A stretch of 63,931 nucleotides of DNA, filler included, from Catajapyx aquilonaris (lineage: Eukaryota): the NCBI GenBank assembly GCA_000934665.2. It is 2 parts of 2 records of this genome, joined end to end, with 100 filler letters (N's around TTAATTAATTAA, not from the genome) between each part and the next. Parts side by side here need not be neighbours in the genome. Positions count along the whole stretch, not along the records: positions 1 to 31,989 come from JYFJ02004466.1; positions 32,090 to 63,931 come from JYFJ02004485.1. One strand, 5' to 3'. Under the pieces are notes generated by a model. That model had not been told where the DNA came from. It searched no databases and saw nothing but the letters and a program-made list of their open reading frames with translations. The stretch's first letter is position 1. Each line of letters begins with the position of its first letter. The position numbers and the translations under genes are program-made. Shown piece by piece: positions 26,644 through 38,697 of this stretch.

Positions 26644-28316
26644 TACTACATGACATTTTGATGCACAAAATCTCGATGTTAATAAATGCAAACTCATTTA
26701 ACGCGGCTGTGTCCACGCAAATGGCAGGAAAAATCTTTGATTGTCCATAATTGATATACTGTAATGACGTGATTGGAGCTTAAATATTAATTTGCTTACC
26801 GGATACAACCTCGTAATTGACATTCCCATGCCATAATATTAGGGATCAAATCATCCAATATGTTTCAAAACTATAAACCTCAACACCTCATTCGTAAACC
26901 ATGACATTGTCAATACCCTAATGTTTGATGATTTTTTAACCACCCTCCCACTATTCCTCCCCATTCCGCCATTTACGACATGGTGAACGCCCCCTTAACA
27001 ACCACCGGTAAAATTAGAACTACAAAAAAAAGGGGTGCTGAGCATAAGGTCATTTCCAATCAATACCTGCACCTGAAACCTCTGTCTAATCCTCTTTATA
27101 TAACAATGAGTTTTCTATGTGCTGGTGGGAATGGGGGGTGGTAGGGAGGTTTCTGGTGGGAGGTTGGGGTGGGGGTTGATGTAGGGTCTTGGCACCGTGC
27201 CTGTGCCGCTCAGTCGCTGTCTTTGCCGCCTTGGGAACGGACTGCAGAACCGCCAACACCCCCCACCCCTTTCCCACCCCTCTACCCTTAACCTCCCCTC
27301 CCTCCCTCCTCCTCCTCCCACCCATATAGCCTACCCTTCTCACCCTTTCGCCTGTCAAACGCATTGCGGAACTTTGGAATGGCCACATGGCGGTAAGATT
27401 TTGTCCATACTTTTACAACACTTTGTTTCGTGTTACATTAATTCGCGAGGGGTATTTACGACTTTTTTTTTTTGGCTTCGGAGTGGGACGGGGGAGGGGG
27501 AAGGGGGCGGTGAGACCGACCACGTGGGTTACATGCGTGCCGGGCAGATGGTCGTATTTTTTTTTTTGTAGGTTGGTTATTGGATGCGGAATTGAACTGG
27601 AATATTGACAATGTTGTCGCTTATTGTGTGTTTTTAAATGTGCTATTATTGGTGTAGGTTGGTACAAAGTGCGTCAACAATGTGATTATGGTGGAGCCTA
27701 ATTTAAATGTGAGGGATTGTTATGGAGTATTCTGATGGGACATTAGTGGTGTAGATTGCGAATGCGCTGTTCTCGAGAGCAATTTTCTTGTTTTTGCCAA
27801 GCTGAAACCCTTTACCCTTTTGTCATGACAGGTCCTCCATAAAAATGGGGTAACCTAACGCTACCTACAGTACGATCCATGAGTACTGAAGCACGCGTTG
27901 TATATCATCAGCCTGATTTTGCGGAATAGAGGGTAGATTATTGCAGAAGTGCATATTTGCACTCATATGTTCGACTGCTTATGGAAAGGTTAGATAGGTG
28001 GAACATAAGTCAGTCATTCCTCAGTCATAACTCCAGTTTCCGCCAGTACAGTAGGCCCTACCTGCCAGATACTATACACGCGCTTTTTACCGATAGTGAA
28101 TTTTCTTATAGCCAGATGTATTATTATTGAAATTGCGTAAATTATTTGTGGTATGGTCATGTGTAAATGCATAAGTGTAGCTCTACAAGTAATGGCACAT
28201 TGGTGCAGTAGGCCTATATTAAAAAGAAATGTAAATCGTAGCTATACAGATTTCAAGGATGCGGCATAGTTTTACAAAGCCAAATGAATAATTGATACGG
28301 ATAGCAGTAGTGTACA

Positions 28317-28317
<1 letters not shown>

Positions 28318-28392
<75 letters not shown>
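28318..28392. repeat. (TTA)n microsatellite
   Basis: Perfect trinucleotide run. Confidence 0.95.
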
Positions 28393-28393
<1 letters not shown>

Positions 28394-31102
28394 GGTACCA
28401 AAATAATTTGCCGCTGCAGTATTACGTGTGGTAAATGAACGAAAATAGCAACTCAGCCTTGCTGTGCTGACTGCGTGCCTGTGATTTGCAATTCTATCCG
28501 GTTTTACAGGAAATATTTTGCAGAATGGGTATAGATAGGGATATAAACCAACACCTATGTCAGTTGGCCACGACGACTGCATGACAGCCACACGATTTGG
28601 TGCAAGTTGTTACCTTATAGACCTTATACCCCTGCTGCAAAGATGGCTTAGATTCAGTTCGCCATCTCTACATCGGCAACGCGACTTCTGGGAAGTGTGC
28701 CTACAGGGTGAAATATCCGTACATTTTTCTTCAACCCCTGCCCCGCAAGAGAGTCTCATGCAATAGCTCAATGCTCACGCGAGTTCCATTACGACACTAA
28801 ATGGATCGGATTTATGACGAAATTGAGATCGTTAATTCTGCATACATCCACCAAAGCGAAGTGAGACTGGACTGAAACTTTTTTTAAACCGTGGTGAACA
28901 CGTGAACTAATCTTCAGGTGAGCCTCCTCACCATCTGAATTTACCTGATGTGGGTGATTTTGGAAGGAAAGATTGTAGCTTCTTGACCTTCTTGGGCTTC
29001 TTGGTAATCAAGGCCTTTGCTTGCAACGTCTTCCTGTACTATTGGCTTTCCAGCATGGAATGCCTGTCCAATTTCTGCTCTGCTCCACTTTTTACAAGTC
29101 AGGCTCGCCAATGCAGCCCATTCGTTAGGGCCGCAAAAAAGAAACGATAGTAATAGTGTTTGGTAGAAGGACACAAAACTTAAATAGCTGTGTAGCTTCA
29201 ATTTACATCGGGTTGGCTCATATTAGTGTCATGTTGCTTTTACTGAATGAAGACATTTTTGTTCCTATGAATTATGCCACTTGTTATTGATAGCTAAAAG
29301 TTACACTAAAGGACACGCTGTGACTCCAAGACTTCAGTCCCTTTCAATGGTCTGTCATTCTTTTGACCACATGCGAAAGGAAGGTTCCAATTCCGCGTAT
29401 AGAGCTGGTATATATGATCTACTTCTATATAGGATAAATCCAGTGACTTCTCGGAATCCAGTCGGTGCCGAATTTGTTGCTTACTTATTAGTGCTTGATA
29501 TAGATTATAGAGTCAAGAGGATGGAAGGTGGTAAAAGGTTATTCCTCAGTTCTTTCATTTTAACTGACGTACACTATTAAATTGTTCATTAGTGCATTTT
29601 AAAGTCATTGCACCTCTCCTTTCTCGTCGGTTGTATGCTGTAAATCAGGACGTATGACTATAAAACCTGGGCATGATTTACCAGATTTACACACTACACT
29701 GGCAGTTAAGTTTATTCACGTTAATTTTTCAAGATTATTATTTAAGTACCCTAAACTTCATTCTCCGCGCAATTGGTGCTAAAAGGGAAGGAAGAAGTTA
29801 GCATGAACACTATTAATGCTCTGTTTATTAAAACCACGTTTTCAAAGATGGTATAAAGATCAATATTCCACACGGGCACTGCGACTTAAATATCCGGTTT
29901 AGCTAGCGATTTTTTCGCCTTAAACTGCTTATTTTTAAGCATATTTGCTTTTGAATAGTTGCTTTAAGTAGTTATAAAAATAATTACATGCAGCTACAAA
30001 TATTAGGTTGCGTGGACCCATGTAATTATTTTAAAATAAACTTAAAAATAGGCACCATATAGGACAAAAAAAATCGCTAACCACTTTCAATTGGAACACT
30101 CGTCGGTATATACGAGTACCTGTCTTTATGCCATTATTCGAATTAGGTTCTGTGCTATGTAAAAAAAAAGCATGCTGGTGATTTTCCTATCTGTTACACA
30201 GCATACCGGTACTCTTTCTACCAGCATACAGTATGAAATGATCAGTTTGCATCTGGTCGCAAGCGCAAACATAAGCTAAAATATAGGCTATTTGGTTTTT
30301 AAAATGGTGAAGCGGCATTAAAAGTTCTGCCGTAAGCAGTATTTCTCCCAGTGTCTGGTTTTAATGAGCAGGTTTTTCTAATTTGTAGCTATTTTTGCTG
30401 AGTGCAGAAGGTCGCATTATTTGACCTTTGAACAGATGCACGAGTAAAGTGTTGCCTAATGTGCTGGAAATGAGGCATAAAATTAAGTCCACGAGACGGA
30501 TTTACTGTGCGTAAAGCTATTCCACTGGGTAACAAACTTGTTCTTGTCATGAAGTGAGTCATGATGCACCCGATTCCCTAGAGTTGACCCGACAGCCAGC
30601 TCATTTATCATCATGAAAATACCGTACCAGTGCTCATCAGTATACTTCGAGTAAATATTAATGGTCTTACTTTCTAATAAGTCTTTTTCATAAGAAGTGT
30701 TTGAAAATATCAAAACAATCTTAATCTGTAACGTGCTTTTACAGTGATGACTTTGGCTACCGTCAGAATAATACATATTGGTAGGTTTTTCGCCCTGCTG
30801 GTATAGTTAGAAAAGGGCAATTCCTGTTGTAACGTACAACCAAATCTTACGCTATTTCTGTCGTTCTATATTCAGCAAGGATGTATTATGAAATGGATAT
30901 GTGATCTAAGCACTGCATTCGGCGCACACTATCAAAAACTTTCGAAAGCACGCATTGGAAGTCATGTAATCTCGTGTAAGCGATTGTTGGACATGCGAAA
31001 TGGAATGGTCACGTACGGAAGCTGACGGAATGGCAGGTTCTGCATCGGAGTACGCGTTCTGACAAGTCTGTGAATTGTGACCGGCAACTATGAGTTCTCA
31101 AA

Positions 31103-31454
31103 TTATTTTTTTTTATTATTTTATTAATTTTTATTTTTACTGTACCCCATTATCGGGCCCTGGGCCCTTGTTAGGGGAGTGGGCTACCACCATTTGTTGG
31201 AACCATATACTGGATATGTCTAGTTGTTCCTAGGGTAAGTAGGAGGAGATGTGCAAAGTGCAAGTGCAACGTCGTATATTGGTCATTTTGTGAACTCCCC
31301 CGGTGGATTAGTCTAGCGGAAATTTCCACCCTAGATGAAGCCAGAGATGGCCCAACTCTGCACGAGATGAAGGGGGGAACCCCGGGCTGGGATCGAACCC
31401 GGGACCTTAACATCCGTGGGCGCGTGCGTTACAGCAGCACCACTCCGTCTCCCC
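31103..31454 (-). mobile_element. tRNA-derived SINE with family B head, A-rich tail and TSD
   Basis: Reverse-complement family B head and core; TSD GAGTTCTCAAA at 31092-31102 and 31455-31465. Confidence 0.85.
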
Positions 31455-31989
31455 GAGTTCTCAAAATAATATTATGTCGAAGTAGAATGTCCAAGGAAGC
31501 ACCTGATGCCAAATATATCTTCCATATGAAGTTGATGTACGGTTGGTTTCGTCGCCTATATTTCTTGTAACGTACGGACATGTACGATTCTGCGTAGGGT
31601 TTTCGGCAATAAGAAATCAGCGGATACTCTCAGACATCACTACGTATATATTTTTCAAAAAAAAGGTACTTAAGGTGGATATGAAGCTAAGGCTCACAAT
31701 TTGACATCATTTTGAAATTCGCAGGGTTTATAGAGTAAGAAGCTCTCTTCCCAATGGTGGGAAAAAAATCACCCCTAACCGGGCAAATAAGCTCGCAAAA
31801 TGGCTCAGAATGTGCCGACTGTCCATAAGCTCCAATGTTAAATTAAAACTTTATTTTAAAGCATCTTCACAATTTGACAGTTTGAAAGTAATATATGTGA
31901 AATGTGAAGAATAATATAGTAATTACAAAGAACGCAAAAAAACATATCAAACCGAATGATTTAAATTGTTATCGTGGAAAAAAGAAAAA

Positions 31990-32089
31990 NNNNNNNNNNN
32001 NNNNNNNNNNNNNNNNNNNNNNNNNNNNNNNNNTTAATTAATTAANNNNNNNNNNNNNNNNNNNNNNNNNNNNNNNNNNNNNNNNNNNN
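31990..32089. other. Assembly gap with an artificial six-frame-stop linker
   Basis: 44 N + TTAATTAATTAA + 44 N = exactly 100 nt. Confidence 0.95.
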
Positions 32090-32647
32090 TCCTCGGCTCT
32101 CTGCGGCTCTCCTCGGCATCGGTGAGCCCATAAGACCGTGGGTGAGCCTGCTGGTGAGCCGGGGGAGAGCCGCAGAGAGCCGCAGAGAGCCGCAACTCAA
32201 GAGAGCCGGTGTACACTTTTTTGAGGAGTGACTACCCCCTTGCTGGCTCCCTCTTGACTCAATTTCTGGGAATACCTCGTCATACAGGGTTATCCCTGCT
32301 TCTTGTGCAAGGTGAAAATACATCCAGAAACCAGAATCTGGTAACTTAAAAGGGTTTTCTTTCACCCTCATCAGTCTAAATGTGGCTCAAAATCTCAAAT
32401 CACCAGATATTATGGAGCAGCCACCCACACTATCAGAGCCTCTTGGCCCTAAATGCAATCATGCGACAATCTTTGAAATAAACTGTTGTACTCAATTTGT
32501 TTCACCAAAAGACTACTGAATCTTCCAAATGGTTTACACCTGGGTATTGCCAAGATTGATGCAAAATTTGATGCAATACACAGGTACTCTTCGTTTTATG
32601 TAGGGGATAGGTTCCAGCAACATACAACGTAAAGTGAAAAGGCGCAA

Positions 32648-32975
32648 GGAGGTGTGGTGGCCCAGATGGTAATGTCTCGGCTTGCTGAGTGAAAGGTCCC
32701 AGGTTCGATCCCCACCTTGGAGGTGTCTGGCAGCCTAACCTCCTGGGGAACAGCACATGATCCATTTATCGGTATTTCACTTGCACCTACATTCCCTCCC
32801 CAACAATCCCTATCCTTACCCATAGTCCTTGATTTCCCTGCACCAGAGTATGAAGAAAAACAGAAAATTCTGAGAAAATTCAAATGGTGGTAATCCACCC
32901 CCCTAAAAGGGTTCAGCTTCCTCTAATCTAATGGATTAGGTAGAAGAAAGAAAAAAAAATAGAAAAAAAAACTGA
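32648..32975 (+). mobile_element. tRNA-derived SINE, family A copy 2
   Basis: TGGCCCAGATGG and GGTTCGATCCC boxes. It shares GAGTATGAAGAAAAA and TGGTGGT..CCAC..CCCTAA segments with the 2476 copy and has an A-rich tail. Confidence 0.8.
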
Positions 32976-33394
32976 AAATGTGCAAAACGAAACAAAATTA
33001 TAATGAAAGTAAATGAAATAGGTTCCAAAGTTTTGAATATGTTCCCATGGACAATACTAATATTGCTGTTTTTAATGCTGAATATTTGAAACATTCATTA
33101 CATGCAATTAATGGGAGGTTCCAGCTTGAGGATCGTCGTGTTCTGAGGGCTCCTTTCCCTTCTTTGGCAAGAACTGCAGTACACGTGGTGCATTGTAACA
33201 ACGGGTACAGGACTAGCACGGGTGTAGCACTGCAGCATGCTTAAAAGGAGCACCATTATGCTTATTGAAAGGTCAAAATCCTATGTTTTCTAGAATATTG
33301 GCAACAAGGAGACAGCAGAAGAAAATTAAAATATTATTTGAACCCTTGCCTAATTTATGATTGAGCTGATTTTGCTATTTTGTGGATAGTTTCA

Positions 33395-33752
33395 TTAATA
33401 ATAATAATTTGGGTAGTGCGGACATCCTTCTGAGAAGTATGGCACCGACCTTTATTTATCATGAGGCCTTGTGTACAATGTACAGTACATGGTGGAACCT
33501 TGTTGCGAATCGCCCGGGTCCCCAGGCAGGGTGCCTGGGAGGGGATGTGCAAGGTTCAAGTGCAATGTCTGTAACTGAACATTTTTTGAACTCCCCTGGG
33601 TGGATTAGTCTCTAGCGGAAATTCCACCTGAGACGAAGCCAGAGATGGCCCAACTCTGCACGAGATGAAGGGGGGAATCCCCGGGCTTGGGATAGAACCC
33701 AGGACCCTTACATCCATGGGTGCATACGTTACCGCAGCGCCACTCCATCTCC
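33395..33752 (-). mobile_element. tRNA-derived SINE, family B
   Basis: Reverse complement of the family B head and core, with a tail similar to the 7470 copy ending in (TTA)n. Confidence 0.8.
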
Positions 33753-34156
33753 ACCACAGTTTGATTAATAGTTTCCTTAATTAGTATGCAGTAACCCACT
33801 TGGGCATTATAAGCACATGGCAAGCAGAAAACTTGGTGTATTCATAGTAAAAGTGATGATTTGGTTATAACAGACCTGGGCTATAGTAGACTGATTTCCA
33901 CAGTCCCTTGAAGTCTGTTATATCGGAAGTCTACTGTATAAGGTTGTTTGTTTGTCCATTTTGTAACCGTTCCATGCCCATTTATATACGCAGCCAATAT
34001 TTGTTTGTTTGTCCAGGTTTGGTTACCAAGGCAATGGGTTACTATGGTATCAACAATGATTGATTGTTAATGATTACATTACCCGTCAATCCAAATGTTT
34101 CAAAATGGAGGTAACAGACTATCTCGACTCTTAAGGTCAGGGAGATCATACCTCAC

Positions 34157-34263
34157 CTGATGCCATGGGCTGTCCAGGCTAGGGGGCCTTGCTTAATTTA
34201 TTAGTGACAAGTTTGAAGGTATGCAGAAAAAAAAGAAAATCATCCCTCTCTACACCAGCCATG
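34157..34263 (-). pseudogene. Probable degenerate next FERM exon of the PTPN13-like fragment
   Basis: Reads MAGVERDDFLFFLHTFKLVTNKLSKAP*PGQ and ends at a CAG|gtgagg donor. It resembles the FERM segment (D/E)(F/Y)xF..KLxKVAP.GW, but has an in-frame TAG, and only 42 nt separate it from the preceding exon. Confidence 0.35.
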
Positions 34264-34305
34264 CTGCAATGTGCAGCGAAACACAGTAACAAGGTCAACA
34301 CTCAC

Positions 34306-35132
34306 TCGTAAAATTTGCTCACAGGTGATGGAAGTGGGGTCACACCAGAACTCCAATCGGTGGCCATTCAGAAGAATCACAGTTACCTTGGCAACCTTGC
34401 AGTTTTGCTGGGGAAAAGTACAGTGTAATTTAATTACAGCTCAGTGCAAAAAAAATAGAAAAATCTATTTGAATATCTCCAGCAATTGAGCGATTAGCTC
34501 TGGCTTAGTTTAGTATTACTCGGTTGTAATGTTTCGTTCAGAACACAATGTAATGCACAGTGAATGTGCTGTAGTGTTTTCATGTGTAACTGGCACTACC
34601 ATATTACATACCAACCTGGGTCACAAGTGGAATAATCTCTCCGGGGGCTTCACTCATGACAACAAATTCAGGCCCAACACACCTAGATGAAGGATCAGGG
34701 AAGCCAATTCTGCTGGTCATCTTGTACAGTCTGGATGGTGCTCTCTGAACAGGATGAGCCTTACTTATCGACTTCTCCTCCATCTGGGTTCCTGATTTGG
34801 CTCTAGAGAAAATAAAATTACTGACTGAAAATGCTAATACACACACACTTGAGTGTCGAAATTACTCACATGAACTCACATGAAAAGCTGAATTTCTATA
34901 ACATTTGCAATAAATTTCCATTTTAGAGTAAGTTACTTCTTTAAAAAAATTCTCAACTTCTGCCACGCTTGCTGTGCAACTGTACATTCTCCAAACACAA
35001 AACTTGCCTGTAATGCATGGAAAACACATACCTTCCAATTTCTCCACTCTGCTGCTCCAGTTTGCAGTCACTATCATCTCCGTCTTGTAGCTGCTTTTCA
35101 ACTAATTCAGGTCGCCATCTGTCCATCACCGG
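34306..35132 (-). CDS. PTPN13: PTPN13/FRMPD2-like fragment: pre-FERM linker and start of the FERM N-lobe (3 exons); possibly truncated or pseudogenic
   Basis: Exons 35132-35032, 34802-34616 and 34407-34306 splice in frame to PVMDRWRPELVEKQLQDGDDSDCKLEQQSGEIGR|AKSGTQMEEKSISKAHPVQRAPSRLYKMTSRIGFPDPSSRCVGPEFVVMSEAPGEIIPLVTQ|QNCKVAKVTVILLNGHRLEFWCDPTSITCEQILR. GPEFV and KVxVxLLNGxRLExxCD match the recalled PTPN13 GPEFV...KVNIMLLNGQRLELTCD segment. No KIND, PDZ or phosphatase exons were found in the window. Confidence 0.75.
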
Positions 35133-35967
35133 CTAAAATGAATTTTTTTTTGTAGTACAAACCTTCATTTACCTCCTGATTTAGGCTATGTTTAAATGCA
35201 TAGGGGTCGCAGGGTCCAGAGCCAAAGTCAGGCCCCTTCAATAGCCGACGTCATATTTTTTTGCTCGAATTTGCACATTTTTCTCACCGAAGGGAGAGAG
35301 AAGAGTATCAGTTTTCGATGGCCTTGCGCTATGACACATAGCTATGAATTTTTTTGAAAGTAGGCTAAGTGGTCAAGCAAAAAAATGTATTTTTAAATGT
35401 CAATGGTTCTAACATTTTCGCGGTAGACTAAGGCTTTCGAATCGCCTTATTTAGGTTCACATCATTCTAATATTAAGACAGAACCAAAACCCAGCTATCT
35501 CGTCTCTTTGTGGTGGAAAAAGGAGATAGGAAAAGGAAGAGATGGAAGGGGAGGCAAGACTGAATACGATTAATGTACTGTATTAGTAAATTGCAAATAA
35601 ATGAGGGAATTGATGGGCTGCATGGCCTAATTTGGGCTGGGTCAGTCCAGGAATTTTCGGGAAATAATTTAGCTATCGTGCCAGAAGTAATGCCCAGACT
35701 CTGACATTGAAATTGACAAATTTCTTCCACTGCAAATAGACAAGATGCTTGGGATTTCTCATAAATAACACATTCATAAAGCCTGAAATGAAAATGTTCA
35801 CATCATGCATGGTTTAAAATGCAATGTTTTTGATTGAACATTTACTTCCCCATTTTAAAAAAAGCGATAACCATAAGGTGATAACTATGGTAACTATGTA
35901 TACACCTAGGACCCAGGTGATGAGTCAAAGCGTTTAGGGATGGAGTCACGTCTAGCAAATTCAGAAT

Positions 35968-36890
35968 ATGAGGATTAATCAGCTAGGTGAATTATTAGCC
36001 ATGAGTAAGATTAATCTGCTTGGTGAATTAATATTCATGAGGAGCAATCCACCCCTGGGTGAATTATTATTAGCCACGAGGATTAATCCGCTAGTTGAAT
36101 TATTAGCCATGAGGAGGATTAATCTGCAGTGAATTATTAGCCACCAGGATTAATCCGTTTGCTGAATTAATATTCATGAGGAGCAATCAACCACTGGGTG
36201 AATTATTATTAGCCACGAGGATTAATCCGCTAGTTGAATTATTAGCCATGAGGAGGATTAATCTGCAGTGAATTATTAGCCACCAGGATTAATCCATTTG
36301 CTGAATTATTAGCCATGAGTAAGATTAATCTGCTTGGAGAATTAATATTCATGAGGAGCAATCAACCACTGGTGAATTAATATTCATGAGGAACAATCAA
36401 CCACTGGGTGAATTATTATTAGCCACGAGGATTAATCCGCTAGTTGAATTATTAGCCATGAGGAGGATTAATCTGCAGTGAATTATTAGCCACCAGGATT
36501 AATCCGCTAATTGAATTATTAGCCATGAGGAGGATTAATCTAGGGTTAGTGATTAGCCGCAAGGATTAATCCGCTAGTTGAATTATTAGCCATGAGGAGT
36601 GTGCAGTGAATTATTAGCCACGAGGATTAATCTGCTAGGTGAATTATTAGCCATGAGGAGGATTAATCTGCAGTGAATTATTATTCAAGAGGATTAATCC
36701 GCTAGTTGAATTATTAGCCATGAGGAGGATTAATCTGCAGTGAATTATTAGTCAAGAGGATTAATCCACTAAGTGAATTATTAGCCATGAGGAGGATTAA
36801 TCTGCAGTGAATTATTAGCCACGAGGATTAATCCGCTAGTTGAATTATTAGCCATAGGAGGATTAATCCGCTGGGTGAATTATTCTCCAT
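35968..36890. repeat. Minisatellite array, ~32-36-bp unit GAGGATTAATCYGCTAGTTGAATTATTAGCCAY
   Basis: About 0.9 kb of tandem, variably diverged units with visible higher-order re-duplication of unit blocks. Confidence 0.92.
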
Positions 36891-37029
36891 TAATAGTAGT
36901 GGATCCATTGCCAAATTTTGCCAACACTGCCCCAACTCCCCAACTTGGATGTAGTACAATAAGCCACTGCCAGTTGGCACATAGGCTCTCCCTCTGCGAA
37001 CTCCTGCCACTCTCAGGGAGAAGATAGTA

Positions 37030-37191
37030 CAGTGTTGGTCATATATCGAGGCAACCGCCAGTGACATTTTTCCGAAGCGGCAGAAGAAGGAATCGAAGAT
37101 AAGCATGCTACAAGCCAGGCGAACAAAATTCCTTCTTCTGCCGCTTCGGAAAAATGTAGCTGGCGGTTGCCTCGATATATGACCAACACTG
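37030..37191. mobile_element. Palindromic MITE with TA TSD
   Basis: TA|CAGTGTTGGTCATATATCGAGGCAACCGCCAG...CTGGCGGTTGCCTCGATATATGACCAACACTG|TA, with about 63-bp near-perfect arms. Confidence 0.88.
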
Positions 37192-37942
37192 TACTGCATG
37201 CATGTTGATAATGAGTCACTCACTGTATACACATAGCACCACAATGACAATTTCACATTATTCATAACCTAATAGTCTTTATCCCAAGAGCCCTTGCGCG
37301 ACTTTAAATTAATTTGCTGTCATTTGCGGATACAGTGGAACCTCATACTTCAAAAGCCCCTAACTTTGAACATTGCAGAGTTCAAACCGGTTCGAACGCG
37401 AATTTTGAGAGAAATTTGATCCAGAGTTCGAACTACTCGCATAGTAAAAAATTCGCTCGCAGCGTGAATGCCATATTTTGTGCGCCCGAGTCGTCTCTCA
37501 CTCTCGCTGTGAAAGCATCTCTTGCATTACACTCGTGTGTTTTCAGTGATTTTTTTGCTTAATTTTTGATGTACAGTATTCAGTTAACTTATACAGGGAG
37601 TTTCTGAATTCAGCCGACAAACTTATAGGGGTAAGAGAGGGGACCAAGACAAACATATTTCATATAGGAATCCATGTCTGGAAACGTGTCTGAGCGACCT
37701 GTTCCTTGTCTATTGACCCCCTCTAGATGGCGTTTCCAGATAACAATCGTACCTCAAAAAACGGAACACATATTACAAACCCAAGAGGACCCTGCGGCAC
37801 TGGGGCCCCTTGGGCCTGGGGAAGCCCCCCGCTCACCCCTCTCACGTGCCAGCACTATTTACATGCGAGCTATTTGATAAGTGATGTCCATTGCTGAGCG
37901 ATTGTTGGGAGGGAAAATCTATTGTGGCTTTCGCTCCAAGCA

Positions 37943-38203
37943 ATTGAAGACCTCGGGGGAAGAACGATCAAGGTCCACCTCATGTGAAACTGATATATTC
38001 CCATTAAAAATTTCGATGGCCCATAAGGTTCTATTGTAAATCCCACTGTCGGGGCGTTCCATAGTAGAAAGTGGACTATGATCTTTACTCCACAACTAGG
38101 ACCAAACCATCATGTACTACGCTAGTGAAACTATCTTCTGAGATATGTAACTCAGTTTTGACAAAAAGTGGACTCTGATCGTTCTTCCCCAGAGGTCTTC
38201 AAT
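37943..38203. mobile_element. MITE-like element with imperfect TIRs
   Basis: ATTGAAGACCTCGGGGGAAGAACGATCA.GGTCCAC mirrors GTGGACTCTGATCGTTCTTCCCCAGAGGTCTTCAAT. Confidence 0.75.
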
Positions 38204-38389
38204 AATATATTATTGGTCTTATTGCTGAGCAAATTGCTCACATGTCAACGCGGCCTCATGCTGTTTTACATCAATCAATACAAGCACAGACTGTGAAGCG
38301 GTATTGACTAGCATAGAGCAAGGTATGACAGTGATGTCTCTGTCCTATCCAAGTGACATACATTTCCTACTGTGCATAACAGCTCTTAC

Positions 38390-38697
38390 TTTGGCATCTC
38401 TGGGTATGACTTCCTTCAGGATGTGATTGATCTCTCCCAGCGGAAGACTCAACCGATTGGAAACGCTGGTGTTGAAGAGCCGGTGGAACTCCTCCTCCGT
38501 GATCAAGGCCGAGTGCTGGCCGTCTCCTGTTATGCTGGGTCCCTGGTTCTCCTTCCCTCCTCCGGCCCTCCGAACCTTCATGCTCTCCACCCTCTGCCTG
38601 TGGCTCACACCCAGCATTGTTCTGGACGCCTGGAAATTCGAACTAATCAGAATTTCTGCACGACACTTTCCCTGCCCTCACATGTCACCATTACCAT
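38390..38697 (-). CDS. First coding exons of a minus-strand gene; the end of the exon resembles helix 1/loop 1 of an NF-YB/Dr1/POLE3-type histone fold
   Basis: ATG at 38697-38695 is followed by a gtaatg donor and a 65-nt intron ending ttccag. A GC-rich open 240-nt exon (38629-38390) reads ASRTMLGVSHRQRVESMKVRRAGGGKENQGPSITGDGQHSALITEEEFHRLFNTSVSNRLSLPLGEINHILKEVIPRDAK and ends at AAA|gtaaga. LSLPLGEINHILKEVIPRDAK matches the recalled pattern LxLPxxxIxxIxKxxxPxxxK. A TCAGT Inr-like motif lies near 38896. Confidence 0.6.

Noticed and set aside
28945..29040. Lys-rich minus-strand exon candidate (RKTLQAKALITKKPKKVKKLQSFLPKSPTS)
   Set aside because: It has a good donor but no convincing acceptor or partner exons, and no family was recognised.
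35968..36890. CRISPR-like array
   Set aside because: The units are contiguous tandem repeats without unique spacers, there are no cas genes, and the context is eukaryotic.
36828..37265. 145-aa minus-strand ORF
   Set aside because: It runs through a palindromic MITE and the minisatellite edge.
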